Virus record (IMG/VR): IMGVR_UViG_3300028384_000897
Location: 1-54,784 of that record
From: a virus
Lineage: Duplodnaviria > Caudoviricetes
Strand: one strand, 5' to 3'
Length of the DNA stretch: 54,784 nucleotides
The notes under the pieces were generated by a model. That model ran no database searches. It saw only the letters and a list, made by a program, of their open reading frames with translations, and was not told where the DNA came from. This document shows, piece after piece, positions 26,606-35,657 of this stretch. Each line of letters starts with the position of its first letter. Positions within the stretch are counted from its first letter, which is position 1. The translations under genes and the position numbers were made by a program.

Positions 26606-28283
26606 TCCAAATAATATAATTGTTTATAATTAAATAGTCAATATCACTATTGACCAATCGTTCGATTGCATCTTCTGGAGTTAATGTGATAGTCTGGTCC
26701 TTTAAGTTAAAAGAAGTATTTAGTAGAAGTCCGAATCCAGTTAATCTATACATCTCAGTTAACAGCTTATGATACTTTTCATTCTGCTCTTCGGTTACTG
26801 TGTGAAGTCTAGCAGACATATCAATATGAACTGCAGCAGGAAAAGGTGTCTGACCGCCGAGTTTAGCTACAGGACGTGCTTTTATAACTTGATTCATGTA
26901 TGGAATATTCTCTTTATAGTTAAAGAACTTTTTCGATGTCTCTAATATAGCAGAAGGTGCGAATGGTCTAAATCCTTCTCTTTTCTTAATTACTAAATTA
27001 AGTTTTTCTCTCATATTAGGATCCTCTGGTGAAGCTAAAATAGAACGGTTACCTAAAGCTCTTGCTCCAAATTCCATCCTACCTTGGAACCAAGCTACAA
27101 TATTTTGAGCTTGTAATAATTCAGCAGCTCTTTGTATAAGTTTATCCTCTTCTAAATTTAAAGCTCTTAACGTCTTAGGACCATTTTGTATAGCTCTCTT
27201 AACTTGATCGTCGGAATATTCTGGTCCTAGAAAAGGATTACTGTTGCCTTTTCTATTACCTTTTCTTGTATAGGAATAAAGACAAGCACCGATAGCGGAA
27301 CCTGCATCAGAAGGAGCAAATGGAACATATACAGATTTAAATTTAGGAATAATTTTACCATTAGCTACTCCATTATATGCACACCCTCCACCAATACATA
27401 TATTATCGGAATTAGTCATATTTTTAGCTGTTTTAATTAACCTAAAAAACTGTCTTTCATATACTAACTGTAAAGCTGCAGCTAAATCTTTATGTTCTTG
27501 CTTTACTTCCTCTTCTGGTAAACGAGGTTGAAGATTTAATAATCTACATAATTTTTTAGTAAACATTATTCTATCACTATATTCCCATGCAAAGTACTTT
27601 TGTTTGATCCAGTATTTATTACTTGTATTCTTAAATACTGAGTGAAGTTTGTGATAGTATACATCTGGGTCACCGTATGGAGCTAATCCCATAACTTTAT
27701 ATTCTCCTTCATTAGGTTTAAAACCTAAAAATGCAGTTATAGTTGAATATAACATACCAAGAGAATTAGGAAAATCAATACTTATCTTCTTATCTAATTT
27801 ATTTCCTTCTCCATGCCATATAGTAGTAGTTTCCCACTCACCCACTCCATCAACAGTTAGTACAGCAGCCTCTTTATATGGAGAAGTTAAATAAGCGAAA
27901 GCAGCGTGAGATAAATGATGATCTACATACACTACTTTACCGCTGTAGCCAATAGTATTTTTGAGAAGTTTTTCTGGGTTCTTATTAACCCATTCTTTTA
28001 AAAATCGCCTTTTCGTAAAAAACGTTTTAATAGGATGTTTAGAAAATATCTTGAGAACTCTATCTTTTTTGAGTTCAGGATTTTCATACCAACATACTTC
28101 GTCAATTTCATTTACGTTTATTCCAGATTCTTCTAATATCCAATTTAAGGCATTGATCGGGAAACTGGGATCATGTTTAATTTTAGTAAATCTTTCTTCT
28201 TCGGCACCTAAAAGTACCTTACCGTCTTTTACTAAACAAGCAGCTGAATCGTGATAAAAAGCTGATATTCCTATTTGTATCAT
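26592..28283 (-). CDS. Carbamoyltransferase (NodU/CmcH family)
   Basis: FYHDSAA, EEERF, HHLSHA, DGVGE, GEYKVMGLAPYG, EFGARALGNRS, RPFAP and LNTSFN. Confidence 0.95.
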   Translation of the reverse strand: MIQIGISAFYHDSAACLVKDGKVLLGAEEERFTKIKHDPSFPINALNWILEESGINVNEIDEVCWYENPELKKDRVLKIFSKHPIKTFFTKRRFLKEWVNKNPEKLLKNTIGYSGKVVYVDHHLSHAAFAYLTSPYKEAAVLTVDGVGEWETTTIWHGEGNKLDKKISIDFPNSLGMLYSTITAFLGFKPNEGEYKVMGLAPYGDPDVYYHKLHSVFKNTSNKYWIKQKYFAWEYSDRIMFTKKLCRLLNLQPRLPEEEVKQEHKDLAAALQLVYERQFFRLIKTAKNMTNSDNICIGGGCAYNGVANGKIIPKFKSVYVPFAPSDAGSAIGACLYSYTRKGNRKGNSNPFLGPEYSDDQVKRAIQNGPKTLRALNLEEDKLIQRAAELLQAQNIVAWFQGRMEFGARALGNRSILASPEDPNMREKLNLVIKKREGFRPFAPSAILETSKKFFNYKENIPYMNQVIKARPVAKLGGQTPFPAAVHIDMSARLHTVTEEQNEKYHKLLTEMYRLTGFGLLLNTSFNLKDQTITLTPEDAIERLVNSDIDYLIINNYIIWNETN

Positions 28284-28870
28284 AACTCCATTTCTTTTTT
28301 TAGATATTCAAACATTTGTTTATGACCTTTGATACCCCAGTGATGATCTGCATGTTTACTTTCTTTTGTAATAGTCGTAAACTTTCTCCACAGTAATTCA
28401 TCCCAGTAGTAGGCTTTAACTCTTCTTCTTTGAAAAGCAGTACATAAAAAATCGAAATTAGCTTGATTTCTTAGGTACACTTTATCTATGTGTTTTCTAA
28501 TATTTTTTAAAATAGCATCTGCTACTTGTTTACCTAGTAGAAGTTGACTATCCCTAATTGGCGCTACTCCAAAGAGACCTGCCTGCCAATGGTCTGGTTG
28601 ATATACGCCGAATCTTGCACATTTAGTCAAGCCTATTACTACTACATCGTTTCTCTGAATATCCTTATACCTATGTAGGATATTATCCCATATCATATCA
28701 TTAGATATACCGTGTACTCCGTGATTTTGATGTTTCATACCTAAATGGTCCGCTAATAATCTTGACCATATAAGGTGTTCTTTACCTTTATAAGTACCGT
28801 ATTGATGTTTATCGTCTGTAACACCTAATCCGGCTGTGAAAGAATCACCGAAGGCCCATAACGTATTCAT
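28280..28870 (-). CDS. SGNH-like hydrolase-fold protein
   Basis: AFGDSFTAG; DHHWG..GH. Confidence 0.65.
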   Translation of the reverse strand: MNTLWAFGDSFTAGLGVTDDKHQYGTYKGKEHLIWSRLLADHLGMKHQNHGVHGISNDMIWDNILHRYKDIQRNDVVVIGLTKCARFGVYQPDHWQAGLFGVAPIRDSQLLLGKQVADAILKNIRKHIDKVYLRNQANFDFLCTAFQRRRVKAYYWDELLWRKFTTITKESKHADHHWGIKGHKQMFEYLKKEMEL

Positions 28871-29690
28871 ATAATCTATCTTTAGGCTCCCATCCTAGTT
28901 TTTCTTTAGCATCAGAATTCTCTCTAAGAGTAACTCTATAATTTCCAGGTTGGTCGTCTATATAAATAGCTTCTGTACCGAACTTGGTTTTAAACATCTG
29001 ATACACCTCGTTTATCGAGTGGTTTTTACCAGTACCTAATTCCCATGCATCTTCATGAACTTCAGTTCTAAACCCTATTCTATATAGACCGTCTACTATA
29101 TCAATAACATGAGTAAAATCTCTTCTTTGTTCTCCATCACCTACTATAGTAATTTTTTCACTATCTCTAACTTGTCTTCTCCAAATACCAATTACTGCTG
29201 CCCAATCACCTTCTATAATTTCATTAGGACCGTAAACATTATAGAATCTAGCGATTTCAATATCCATGCCGTATGTCTTTTTATACATTTTACATACTTC
29301 TTCGCCCATATACTTACAAGCCGCATACGGTGATTGATACGGATCATGCCACTTAGAAGACGAACCGGCATAAATCACTTTAGCACCAGTTCTTCTTGCT
29401 AACTCTAATACTTGCTGTGTGCCGTAAGTATTAACTCTATAAGTTTCATCGGGATTATTAAAAGAAGGCTGTATTCTGGAAAGAGCAGCAAGATGGTATA
29501 TTTTATCGTAAGTGCCGAACTCAGTTATAGTATCAATATCTCCTATATAATAGGTGCATCTGTTATGTTCGTTTTCTATTCTGCCGCTTGAGTAATCATC
29601 GAGACTATCTACATCATGACCTTCTTCAATTAACCTTTTAATTAAGTGATGTCCTATAAAACCAGCACCTCCAGTAACTAATACCCTCAT
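28845..29690 (-). CDS. NAD-dependent nucleotide-sugar epimerase/dehydratase
   Basis: VTGGAGFIG, YAACK, RFYNVYGP and GDGEQRRDF; start at ATG 29690. Confidence 0.93.
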   Translation of the reverse strand: MRVLVTGGAGFIGHHLIKRLIEEGHDVDSLDDYSSGRIENEHNRCTYYIGDIDTITEFGTYDKIYHLAALSRIQPSFNNPDETYRVNTYGTQQVLELARRTGAKVIYAGSSSKWHDPYQSPYAACKYMGEEVCKMYKKTYGMDIEIARFYNVYGPNEIIEGDWAAVIGIWRRQVRDSEKITIVGDGEQRRDFTHVIDIVDGLYRIGFRTEVHEDAWELGTGKNHSINEVYQMFKTKFGTEAIYIDDQPGNYRVTLRENSDAKEKLGWEPKDRLYEYVMGLR

Positions 29691-30217
29691 ACTAAATTTC
29701 TTTTTTCTCTTCTTGTATTTTTTACACATAGATCACTTATTTCTATGTGATTTGGTGTGTTAATTATGAATTCTAGTATCCTAGACAATTCAGAAAATTT
29801 TAACTTATTGTATTGTTCAAAACTCCTGTTAGATTCTAGAGTACCTGGGTTAAAGTTAATAACTCTAACGCTTTTATTTGGATTAGTAGCACACAGTTCT
29901 TTTGAAAGGTTGTATAAATGCTTTTTATTTGAACTGTATACAGGAAATACCCCGTTAGTTTCATAAACGTTTGAAGTACCAAAATTGATAATCGTCTTAT
30001 TCTTACTAATCCAGGAATCGAAAAATAACTTTAACAGTCTCGATTGATCTATATTATTATAAGCGTGGTTTATAAATACGTCACAATTATTAAGTTTTGA
30101 AAAAACTGGTTTGATACCATCTCTTAAAGACGCTCCAATAATTTCATACTTATTAGACCAGTTTTCCGATAGATACTTACCTAAACCTCCTGATACTCCT
30201 GTTATACCTATTTTCAT
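29687..30217 (-). CDS. Short-chain dehydrogenase-like protein
   Basis: ITGVSGGLG, DVFINHA, YSSNK. Confidence 0.75.
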   Translation of the reverse strand: MKIGITGVSGGLGKYLSENWSNKYEIIGASLRDGIKPVFSKLNNCDVFINHAYNNIDQSRLLKLFFDSWISKNKTIINFGTSNVYETNGVFPVYSSNKKHLYNLSKELCATNPNKSVRVINFNPGTLESNRSFEQYNKLKFSELSRILEFIINTPNHIEISDLCVKNTRREKRNLV

Positions 30218-30708
30218 AATAACGAAACCTTGCTTAATTGTTTTTTAGTAAAAAATAATATAAAAGACCACCTAACACCCTCAGTTATTTTCGTAACTTC
30301 ATGTGGTCTGCTAGCTTTCATAGAGTATAATTTACCTACTTCTTTTTCTATAATATTATCAGGTTCATATTGCAAAAAATCTCCACCTGAGAATCTATCG
30401 TCTAATAAACACCCTACATTTAATACCTGGTCTGGGTATTTTATATCGTCTCTATGTCGAGAAAAAGCACAGCCAGCAGGATATCTATGTACAAAGATAC
30501 AAGGCATTTTATCAGCAGAATTATCAGGGTATCTAGGATTAAGATATTCCTTTATTCTATCGAAAATCCATTGTGTCTTTTCACCTCTCTCTAGAACCAT
30601 GTAATAATAATCAATAGAACCCTCAGCAAAGAGAGTCTTAGAGTGTGTTTCTCCAATCTCCTTACTGAGAGTTTTAATTGACTTACATTCCTCTAAAGTG
30701 AAATGCAT
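30214..30708 (-). CDS. 2OG-Fe(II) oxygenase
   Basis: HRD, FSGGDF, HEVTKITEGVRWS. Confidence 0.85.
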   Translation of the reverse strand: MHFTLEECKSIKTLSKEIGETHSKTLFAEGSIDYYYMVLERGEKTQWIFDRIKEYLNPRYPDNSADKMPCIFVHRYPAGCAFSRHRDDIKYPDQVLNVGCLLDDRFSGGDFLQYEPDNIIEKEVGKLYSMKASRPHEVTKITEGVRWSFILFFTKKQLSKVSLL

Positions 30709-30709
30709 A

Positions 30710-31504
30710 CTAAGCAGCGTATTCGGCTAGTAGTTTTTCAACATGTGCTTTCGCAACTTCGTAACTAACTGGTCCAGTCTCGTCTTCATATTGAACGGGA
30801 TCATCAACACCCAAATTAATAAATGCTTCAATCCTTTCAACAGATGACGCACTTTTGTAATCAGAGTTTCCTGATGGGTATGGTTTGTACGAGGTATTCG
30901 TTCTTCTGTATACTTCGCTAAAATCCAATTCCAATGCTTCTGTGAGTTTTTCTCCATCTTTAAGAATTCCTAATTTGTCAGTTTCCAAGTAAGGAGTAAA
31001 GTACCCTACTTTCTCTGCTTCCCAGTTACCTATTCTAAAGGCAGCATCGTCAGCATCTCTAAACTCTTGTCTACAGTCTGGGTAGATAGCATGATCACCA
31101 GCATGAATACCTAACGCAATATCAGTATCTAAACCATTTGCATTAGCAGCTGATAAAGCTACAGCTTGAGTAATAGAAGCAAATATTTTATTCCTATTAG
31201 GAACAACAGTTGCTTTCATGTTATCTTCTTCGTAATGACCTTCTGGTACATCTTCACCACCTTGAACAAGGTTAGAATTTAACAGGTTAACTAAACCATC
31301 TAGTTTAATCACTTGATAAGTCACTTTTTGACCTTTATCTGCTAGATAATCGACCAATTGTTGAGCTCTTTCAAGTTCTACTCTATGCTTTTGACCGTAA
31401 TCAAAAGATAAAGCTGTTACGTTGTCATACTCAGATAAACATCTAAGTAATAATGTTGAGGAGTCCATCCCTCCACTAAGACTAACTACGACATTTTTTG
31501 CCAT
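30710..31504 (-). CDS. queC: 7-cyano-7-deazaguanine synthase
   Basis: SLSGGMDS, FDYGQKH, TVVPNRN, DHAIYPDCR. Confidence 0.95.
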   Translation of the reverse strand: MAKNVVVSLSGGMDSSTLLLRCLSEYDNVTALSFDYGQKHRVELERAQQLVDYLADKGQKVTYQVIKLDGLVNLLNSNLVQGGEDVPEGHYEEDNMKATVVPNRNKIFASITQAVALSAANANGLDTDIALGIHAGDHAIYPDCRQEFRDADDAAFRIGNWEAEKVGYFTPYLETDKLGILKDGEKLTEALELDFSEVYRRTNTSYKPYPSGNSDYKSASSVERIEAFINLGVDDPVQYEDETGPVSYEVAKAHVEKLLAEYAA

Positions 31505-31521
31505 GATTAAAAATAATTAAA

Positions 31522-31556
31522 TTTGCCAGGTATTATTAAGCGTATAGGCAAACGCT
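31522..31556 (-). promoter_or_regulatory. Candidate H-type pseudoknot in the queC leader
   Basis: AGCGU-UUGCCUAU-ACGCU-UAAUAAUACCU-GGCAA; two interlocking 5-bp helices. Confidence 0.5.
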
Positions 31557-31851
31557 ACTCTAATATAGAAGTTAAGGAATTTTTTACATTTTCCCAACGA
31601 TCTACATAGCTTTTTAAATCGTATGTTTTACCTTCTTCGTTTAGAATTTCTCTAGCAACCATTTGTAATGCATTGCCGAATCTAGAAGGATAACCTAAAG
31701 TTTTAATGTATTCTGTATCATTATCTCCTTTGATAACCCTTTGGTAAACTGTATAACCCCCAGTCTGGGACCTAGTAATAAAGAATGGTTCCATTACTGG
31801 ATCCGAAATTATTGTATCTGTACTAGGTATTGAATCTGGTTTTCTTAACAT
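31555..31851 (-). CDS. Hypothetical protein
   Basis: 98 aa ORF in the operon. Confidence 0.75.
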   Translation of the reverse strand: MLRKPDSIPSTDTIISDPVMEPFFITRSQTGGYTVYQRVIKGDNDTEYIKTLGYPSRFGNALQMVAREILNEEGKTYDLKSYVDRWENVKNSLTSILE

Positions 31852-31853
31852 AA

Positions 31854-32120
31854 CTAAAATAATATTTTTTCTTTTAAAACTTGCTCTCCTAAAACTCCGA
31901 CTTCAAGAGATTTTAAATCTTCACCTTCTAAAATAACTACTGAAGGAATAGATCTAATTTTATATTTGGCTGCTAATCCTTCTGTGTCTTGATCTATATC
32001 AACACTTTTAAAATTAACTTTATCAGCTAATTCATTTTCTACTTTTTCCCATGTAGGTTTAAACCCTTTACAAGGTCCACACCAGTTAGCATAAAATCTA
32101 ATTGCGCTTACGTCTGCCAT
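31854..32120 (-). CDS. Thioredoxin
   Basis: WCGPC and IRSIP; start at ATG 32120. Confidence 0.92.
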   Translation of the reverse strand: MADVSAIRFYANWCGPCKGFKPTWEKVENELADKVNFKSVDIDQDTEGLAAKYKIRSIPSVVILEGEDLKSLEVGVLGEQVLKEKILF

Positions 32121-32265
32121 AATTATTTCTTGTTTTTTTATAAACTTCTGCTTTTGAAAATTTTTTGTTAGCGCCTTTTGCACTTCTAAAAGATGATGAA
32201 GCTTTTCTCCAAGCCAACCAATCTAATAACTGTTCTACGGTTTGTTTTGCTGAGTTTTTTGACAT
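32098..32265 (-). CDS. Small basic hypothetical protein (55 aa)
   Basis: Not in the ORF track. MSKNSAKQTVEQLLDW...; directly after the promoter at 32281-32311. Confidence 0.65.
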   Translation of the reverse strand: MSKNSAKQTVEQLLDWLAWRKASSSFRSAKGANKKFSKAEVYKKTRNNYGRRKRN

Positions 32266-32312
32266 ATACTTATTTTATATTAATATACGAAAAAAAACCT
32301 TAAAAACCAACT

Positions 32313-32834
32313 TTAATTATATTTAACATACCAACTGGTTGTACTGTTGAAACTCCCTGAATTTAATGTTAGAGGGTTGGATGTAGAAACAGCTGAACCT
32401 GTGAATATAGGTGAAGGAAACCACCCAGTAAATTCATTTGGGTAGGTTGGAGTGATTTCCATAGTAAAGGAAGGATAAAGACTAAAGTTATGTCTAGTAG
32501 TAGAGGAGTTGGAAGTCGTAGTTTCACTCTCACCTGTAATGGTTACACTACCTCCTGAGCCTGGGTCAACGGTAATAAACTCTACTACGTTAGAATTTTC
32601 AGTTAAACTTCCTGATCCTATATTTACACAGGTGGTAAGATTCTTTACAAAAAACTGAGATATATTATCTTCAACTTGAAATGTAAGTCCAGCTGCTAAA
32701 TCAGCACCGGTAAATACTCCACTAGAGGAAACACTACTAGATAGCAGGTTATCTTCAATAATAGAGGTATGATAAATCTTACAAGTAAGTATATCAGTAG
32801 CTATTGCGGTATTTCGAATTCTAACTGTTTTCAT
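32313..32834 (-). CDS. Ser/Thr-rich protein with InlB-B/Listeria-Bacteroides-repeat-like C-terminus
   Basis: PTYPNEFTGWF...STSNPLTL...WYVKY; late-type motif upstream. Confidence 0.55.
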   Translation of the reverse strand: MKTVRIRNTAIATDILTCKIYHTSIIEDNLLSSSVSSSGVFTGADLAAGLTFQVEDNISQFFVKNLTTCVNIGSGSLTENSNVVEFITVDPGSGGSVTITGESETTTSNSSTTRHNFSLYPSFTMEITPTYPNEFTGWFPSPIFTGSAVSTSNPLTLNSGSFNSTTSWYVKYN

Positions 32835-32847
32835 TTATTATAAATAG

Positions 32848-34563
32848 TTAACCATCACAACTTAAACAATCCAAAGATGTTCTTGAACCTATATCTCCAT
32901 TAATAACGGAATCAGTTCTTAGATAGTATAAAGTCTTAACTCCTTCTCTCCAAGCTGTTTGATGTACTTCATTAATAAATTTAGGACTGTCTGTTGGATC
33001 AAAAGCTAGGTTAAGTGATTGGGTTTGGTCGATATACTGTTGTCTTGCACCTGCTTGCTTTACTAACTCTAACTGATTTATTTCTGCAAAAGTTAAAAAT
33101 ATAGGTTTATCTTCTGCAGGCATAATATCTTCTGGTAAGTTAGCAATAGAACCTCTATCTTTCATAATCTGATCCCATACTTCTTCAGTATTAGCACCTC
33201 TTTCTTCTAAATAATCTTCTAATGCTTTATTTTTTCTAATAAAAGTACCTTTAGCAGAATTAAAAGTATAAATGTTAGCAGGTACTGGTTCTATACCGGC
33301 AGAAACTCCACCAGCAATAGTAGAATTAGATACAGTAGGAGCAATAGCCAGTACGTGAGTATTTCTCATACCGGTTCCTTTACACCAAACTGGTTCTCCG
33401 TATTCTTCTGCTAATTTTCTTGATGCTGCTTCTGCTTCAGTTTTGATTTTAGAAAAAATTTGGTGAGTTAATGATGTTGCTCCAATAGAAGCGAAAGGAA
33501 TTCTTTCATTTTGCAATAAAGTATGCCATCCTAAAACACCTAATCCAATAGCTCTACCTTTTTTAGCACTTCTATGAGCTCTAATTAAGGAATCCCTTCC
33601 GGAAGTCTTAGCCAAAAACTCTTCTAATACTCCATCTAAAAAATATACTGCAGTCTCTATTAAATCTGTATTTTTCCATTCATGCCACTTAGATAAATTA
33701 ACTGATGATAAGCAACAAATGAAAGAATGTTCTTCATCGGTGAATAAAGTAATCTCTGAACATATATTCGTCATTGATACTTCTAAGTTATTCTTCTTAT
33801 ATGCTAAAGGATTGTTATTATTTACGTTATCCTCAAACATAAGGTAAGGTTCACCAGTCTCAACTCTAGATTTAAGTATTTTAACCCATAATTCCATTGC
33901 CTCAGCGTCTCTATGCTCTAATCTTTGCATAAAGTTATCATCCACTATGACACATTGATGTAGGTTTAGACACTGTCTATTAGGATCTCCCTTAGGTCTA
34001 CGTATCTCTAAGTACTCATGTATATCTGGGTGGTTAATATTAAGGTTAACACTTGCTGCTCCTCTTCTTACTGCACCTTGATTAGTAGCTATGATAGTAG
34101 AATCGTATATCTTAGCCCATGGAACAACTCCTTCTGATTGACCCATAGTCCCGTCACCAATTTTTGTACCTCTACCTCTAATTTTAGATAATCCGATACC
34201 TACACCACCACCTAGGGAAGTCAGCCTCATTAACTCAGCGTTAGTAAGGCCGATTCCTCTAATTGAATCTGGTGTGTCTATCCCAAAACAAGAGATTGGC
34301 AATCCTCTATCGGTGCCGGTATTGGATAGTACAGGAGAGGCTAAGTTCAACCAACCTTTCCACATATAGCGATAAAATTTACTCGCTAAATCAGGTCGGT
34401 CAAGTCTTCTTGCTATTCTATCAGCAACTCTTTTGTAAGCTTTTTTTACATTTTCATCTGGAAGTAGATATCCCTTAGAAATAGTTGCTAAGGAAACTTC
34501 GTTCATCCATTCTGGGTAATCTTTACCAGCTTCCCAGCCGCTGGTATCTACTACTACGCTCAT
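32848..34563 (-). CDS. nrdA: Ribonucleotide reductase class I alpha subunit (short, no ATP cone evident)
   Basis: LPISCF, GGGVG, TNICSEI, AIAPT, LYYLR and C-terminal CLSCDG. Confidence 0.96.
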   Translation of the reverse strand: MSVVVDTSGWEAGKDYPEWMNEVSLATISKGYLLPDENVKKAYKRVADRIARRLDRPDLASKFYRYMWKGWLNLASPVLSNTGTDRGLPISCFGIDTPDSIRGIGLTNAELMRLTSLGGGVGIGLSKIRGRGTKIGDGTMGQSEGVVPWAKIYDSTIIATNQGAVRRGAASVNLNINHPDIHEYLEIRRPKGDPNRQCLNLHQCVIVDDNFMQRLEHRDAEAMELWVKILKSRVETGEPYLMFEDNVNNNNPLAYKKNNLEVSMTNICSEITLFTDEEHSFICCLSSVNLSKWHEWKNTDLIETAVYFLDGVLEEFLAKTSGRDSLIRAHRSAKKGRAIGLGVLGWHTLLQNERIPFASIGATSLTHQIFSKIKTEAEAASRKLAEEYGEPVWCKGTGMRNTHVLAIAPTVSNSTIAGGVSAGIEPVPANIYTFNSAKGTFIRKNKALEDYLEERGANTEEVWDQIMKDRGSIANLPEDIMPAEDKPIFLTFAEINQLELVKQAGARQQYIDQTQSLNLAFDPTDSPKFINEVHQTAWREGVKTLYYLRTDSVINGDIGSRTSLDCLSCDG

Positions 34564-34572
34564 ATCTTAATC

Positions 34573-35550
34573 TTAAAATGCTGCTGACCAGTCCATATGA
34601 CCTTTAGCATAGTTTGTAACTCTATTAGCAAAGAAATCAGTTTGTTGTTTACCAGCAATAACTGCATCAAACCATTTCATAGTTTTTAACGCTCCTTTAT
34701 CGATTTCAGAAGCTGGTACGATAGGTTTTAAACCTAGATCCCCCATTTTAGTATTTACTCTATGACGAATAAAGTTTTTTAACTCTTCTTTACTAAGGTT
34801 TTCTAAATCACCCATTTCAAAAATCTTATCAATAAAGTCAAATTCTAACTGTAAAGCATTTTTAGCTGCTACTTCAATATCTTTTACTAACTCTTCAGTT
34901 TTAAATTCAGGATGTTCCTCCATAAGTGTTCTAAATAACCAACACCCAGCATCTGAATGTAGTGATTCATCCCTCACTGACCATTCTACTATTTGACCTA
35001 CCCCTTTTAGTAAGTTTCTCATTTTAAATGATAACAAAACAGCAAAAGACGAAAATAAGTTAACACCTTCTGTAAACGCGGAAAAAATCGCTAAAGACTT
35101 AGCTCTATCGTGCCAGTTAGGAGTACCATCGTGACCATCTCTCACGTTCATTAACGCCTCAATCTTAGCCATCGTAGTTTCATCCTCTAAAAACTCAGCA
35201 AAATTATCTAAACCTAATTGCTCATTTAATAAAGAATAAGCTTCTGCATGAATCGTTTCGCTTGACCCCAAGGTAGTGCCCATCATAATAACTTCTGGTT
35301 TTCTAAACCATTTTGTTACTAGTGTTGACCAGTAGTCATTTACTATAGTTTCTGTTTGAGCAAATCCTTTTAGGATTCCTCCAACTACGTTTTTTTCGTG
35401 ATCTTTTAAATTAGACTTCCAGTCTGTAACATCTTGAGCCATCGGTACTTCTGTATGTAGCCAATGTGCTTGTTGTTGTTTTAACCAATAGTCAAATGCT
35501 TTCGGGTATTCAAAGGGTTTGTACACCACTCGTTCTTGTAGTAGACTCAT
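34573..35550 (-). CDS. nrdB: Ribonucleotide reductase class I beta subunit
   Basis: W..TEV, ETIHAEAY, RDESLH, DFFANRVTNY. Confidence 0.96.
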   Translation of the reverse strand: MSLLQERVVYKPFEYPKAFDYWLKQQQAHWLHTEVPMAQDVTDWKSNLKDHEKNVVGGILKGFAQTETIVNDYWSTLVTKWFRKPEVIMMGTTLGSSETIHAEAYSLLNEQLGLDNFAEFLEDETTMAKIEALMNVRDGHDGTPNWHDRAKSLAIFSAFTEGVNLFSSFAVLLSFKMRNLLKGVGQIVEWSVRDESLHSDAGCWLFRTLMEEHPEFKTEELVKDIEVAAKNALQLEFDFIDKIFEMGDLENLSKEELKNFIRHRVNTKMGDLGLKPIVPASEIDKGALKTMKWFDAVIAGKQQTDFFANRVTNYAKGHMDWSAAF

Positions 35551-35581
35551 ATATCTTTATATATTTGAAAGTTAGTAAGAC

Positions 35582-35614
35582 AAAAACATCCCCTTGAATA
35601 TCTCTTGGGGACGT
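35582..35614 (-). terminator. Terminator/attenuator-like hairpin in the nrdB leader
   Basis: ACGTCCCC-13 nt-GGGGATGT followed by TTTT. Confidence 0.55.
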
Positions 35615-35657
35615 AGTAATAAATAGAATGATTATCTGTTATCACTACGAGTTTCTG

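Noticed and set aside
15679-31504. Host chromosomal queuosine tRNA-modification operon
   Set aside because: The genes are embedded among phage tail and replication genes. There is no queA, queG or canonical tgt, and the TGT-fold protein is short and DpdA-like.
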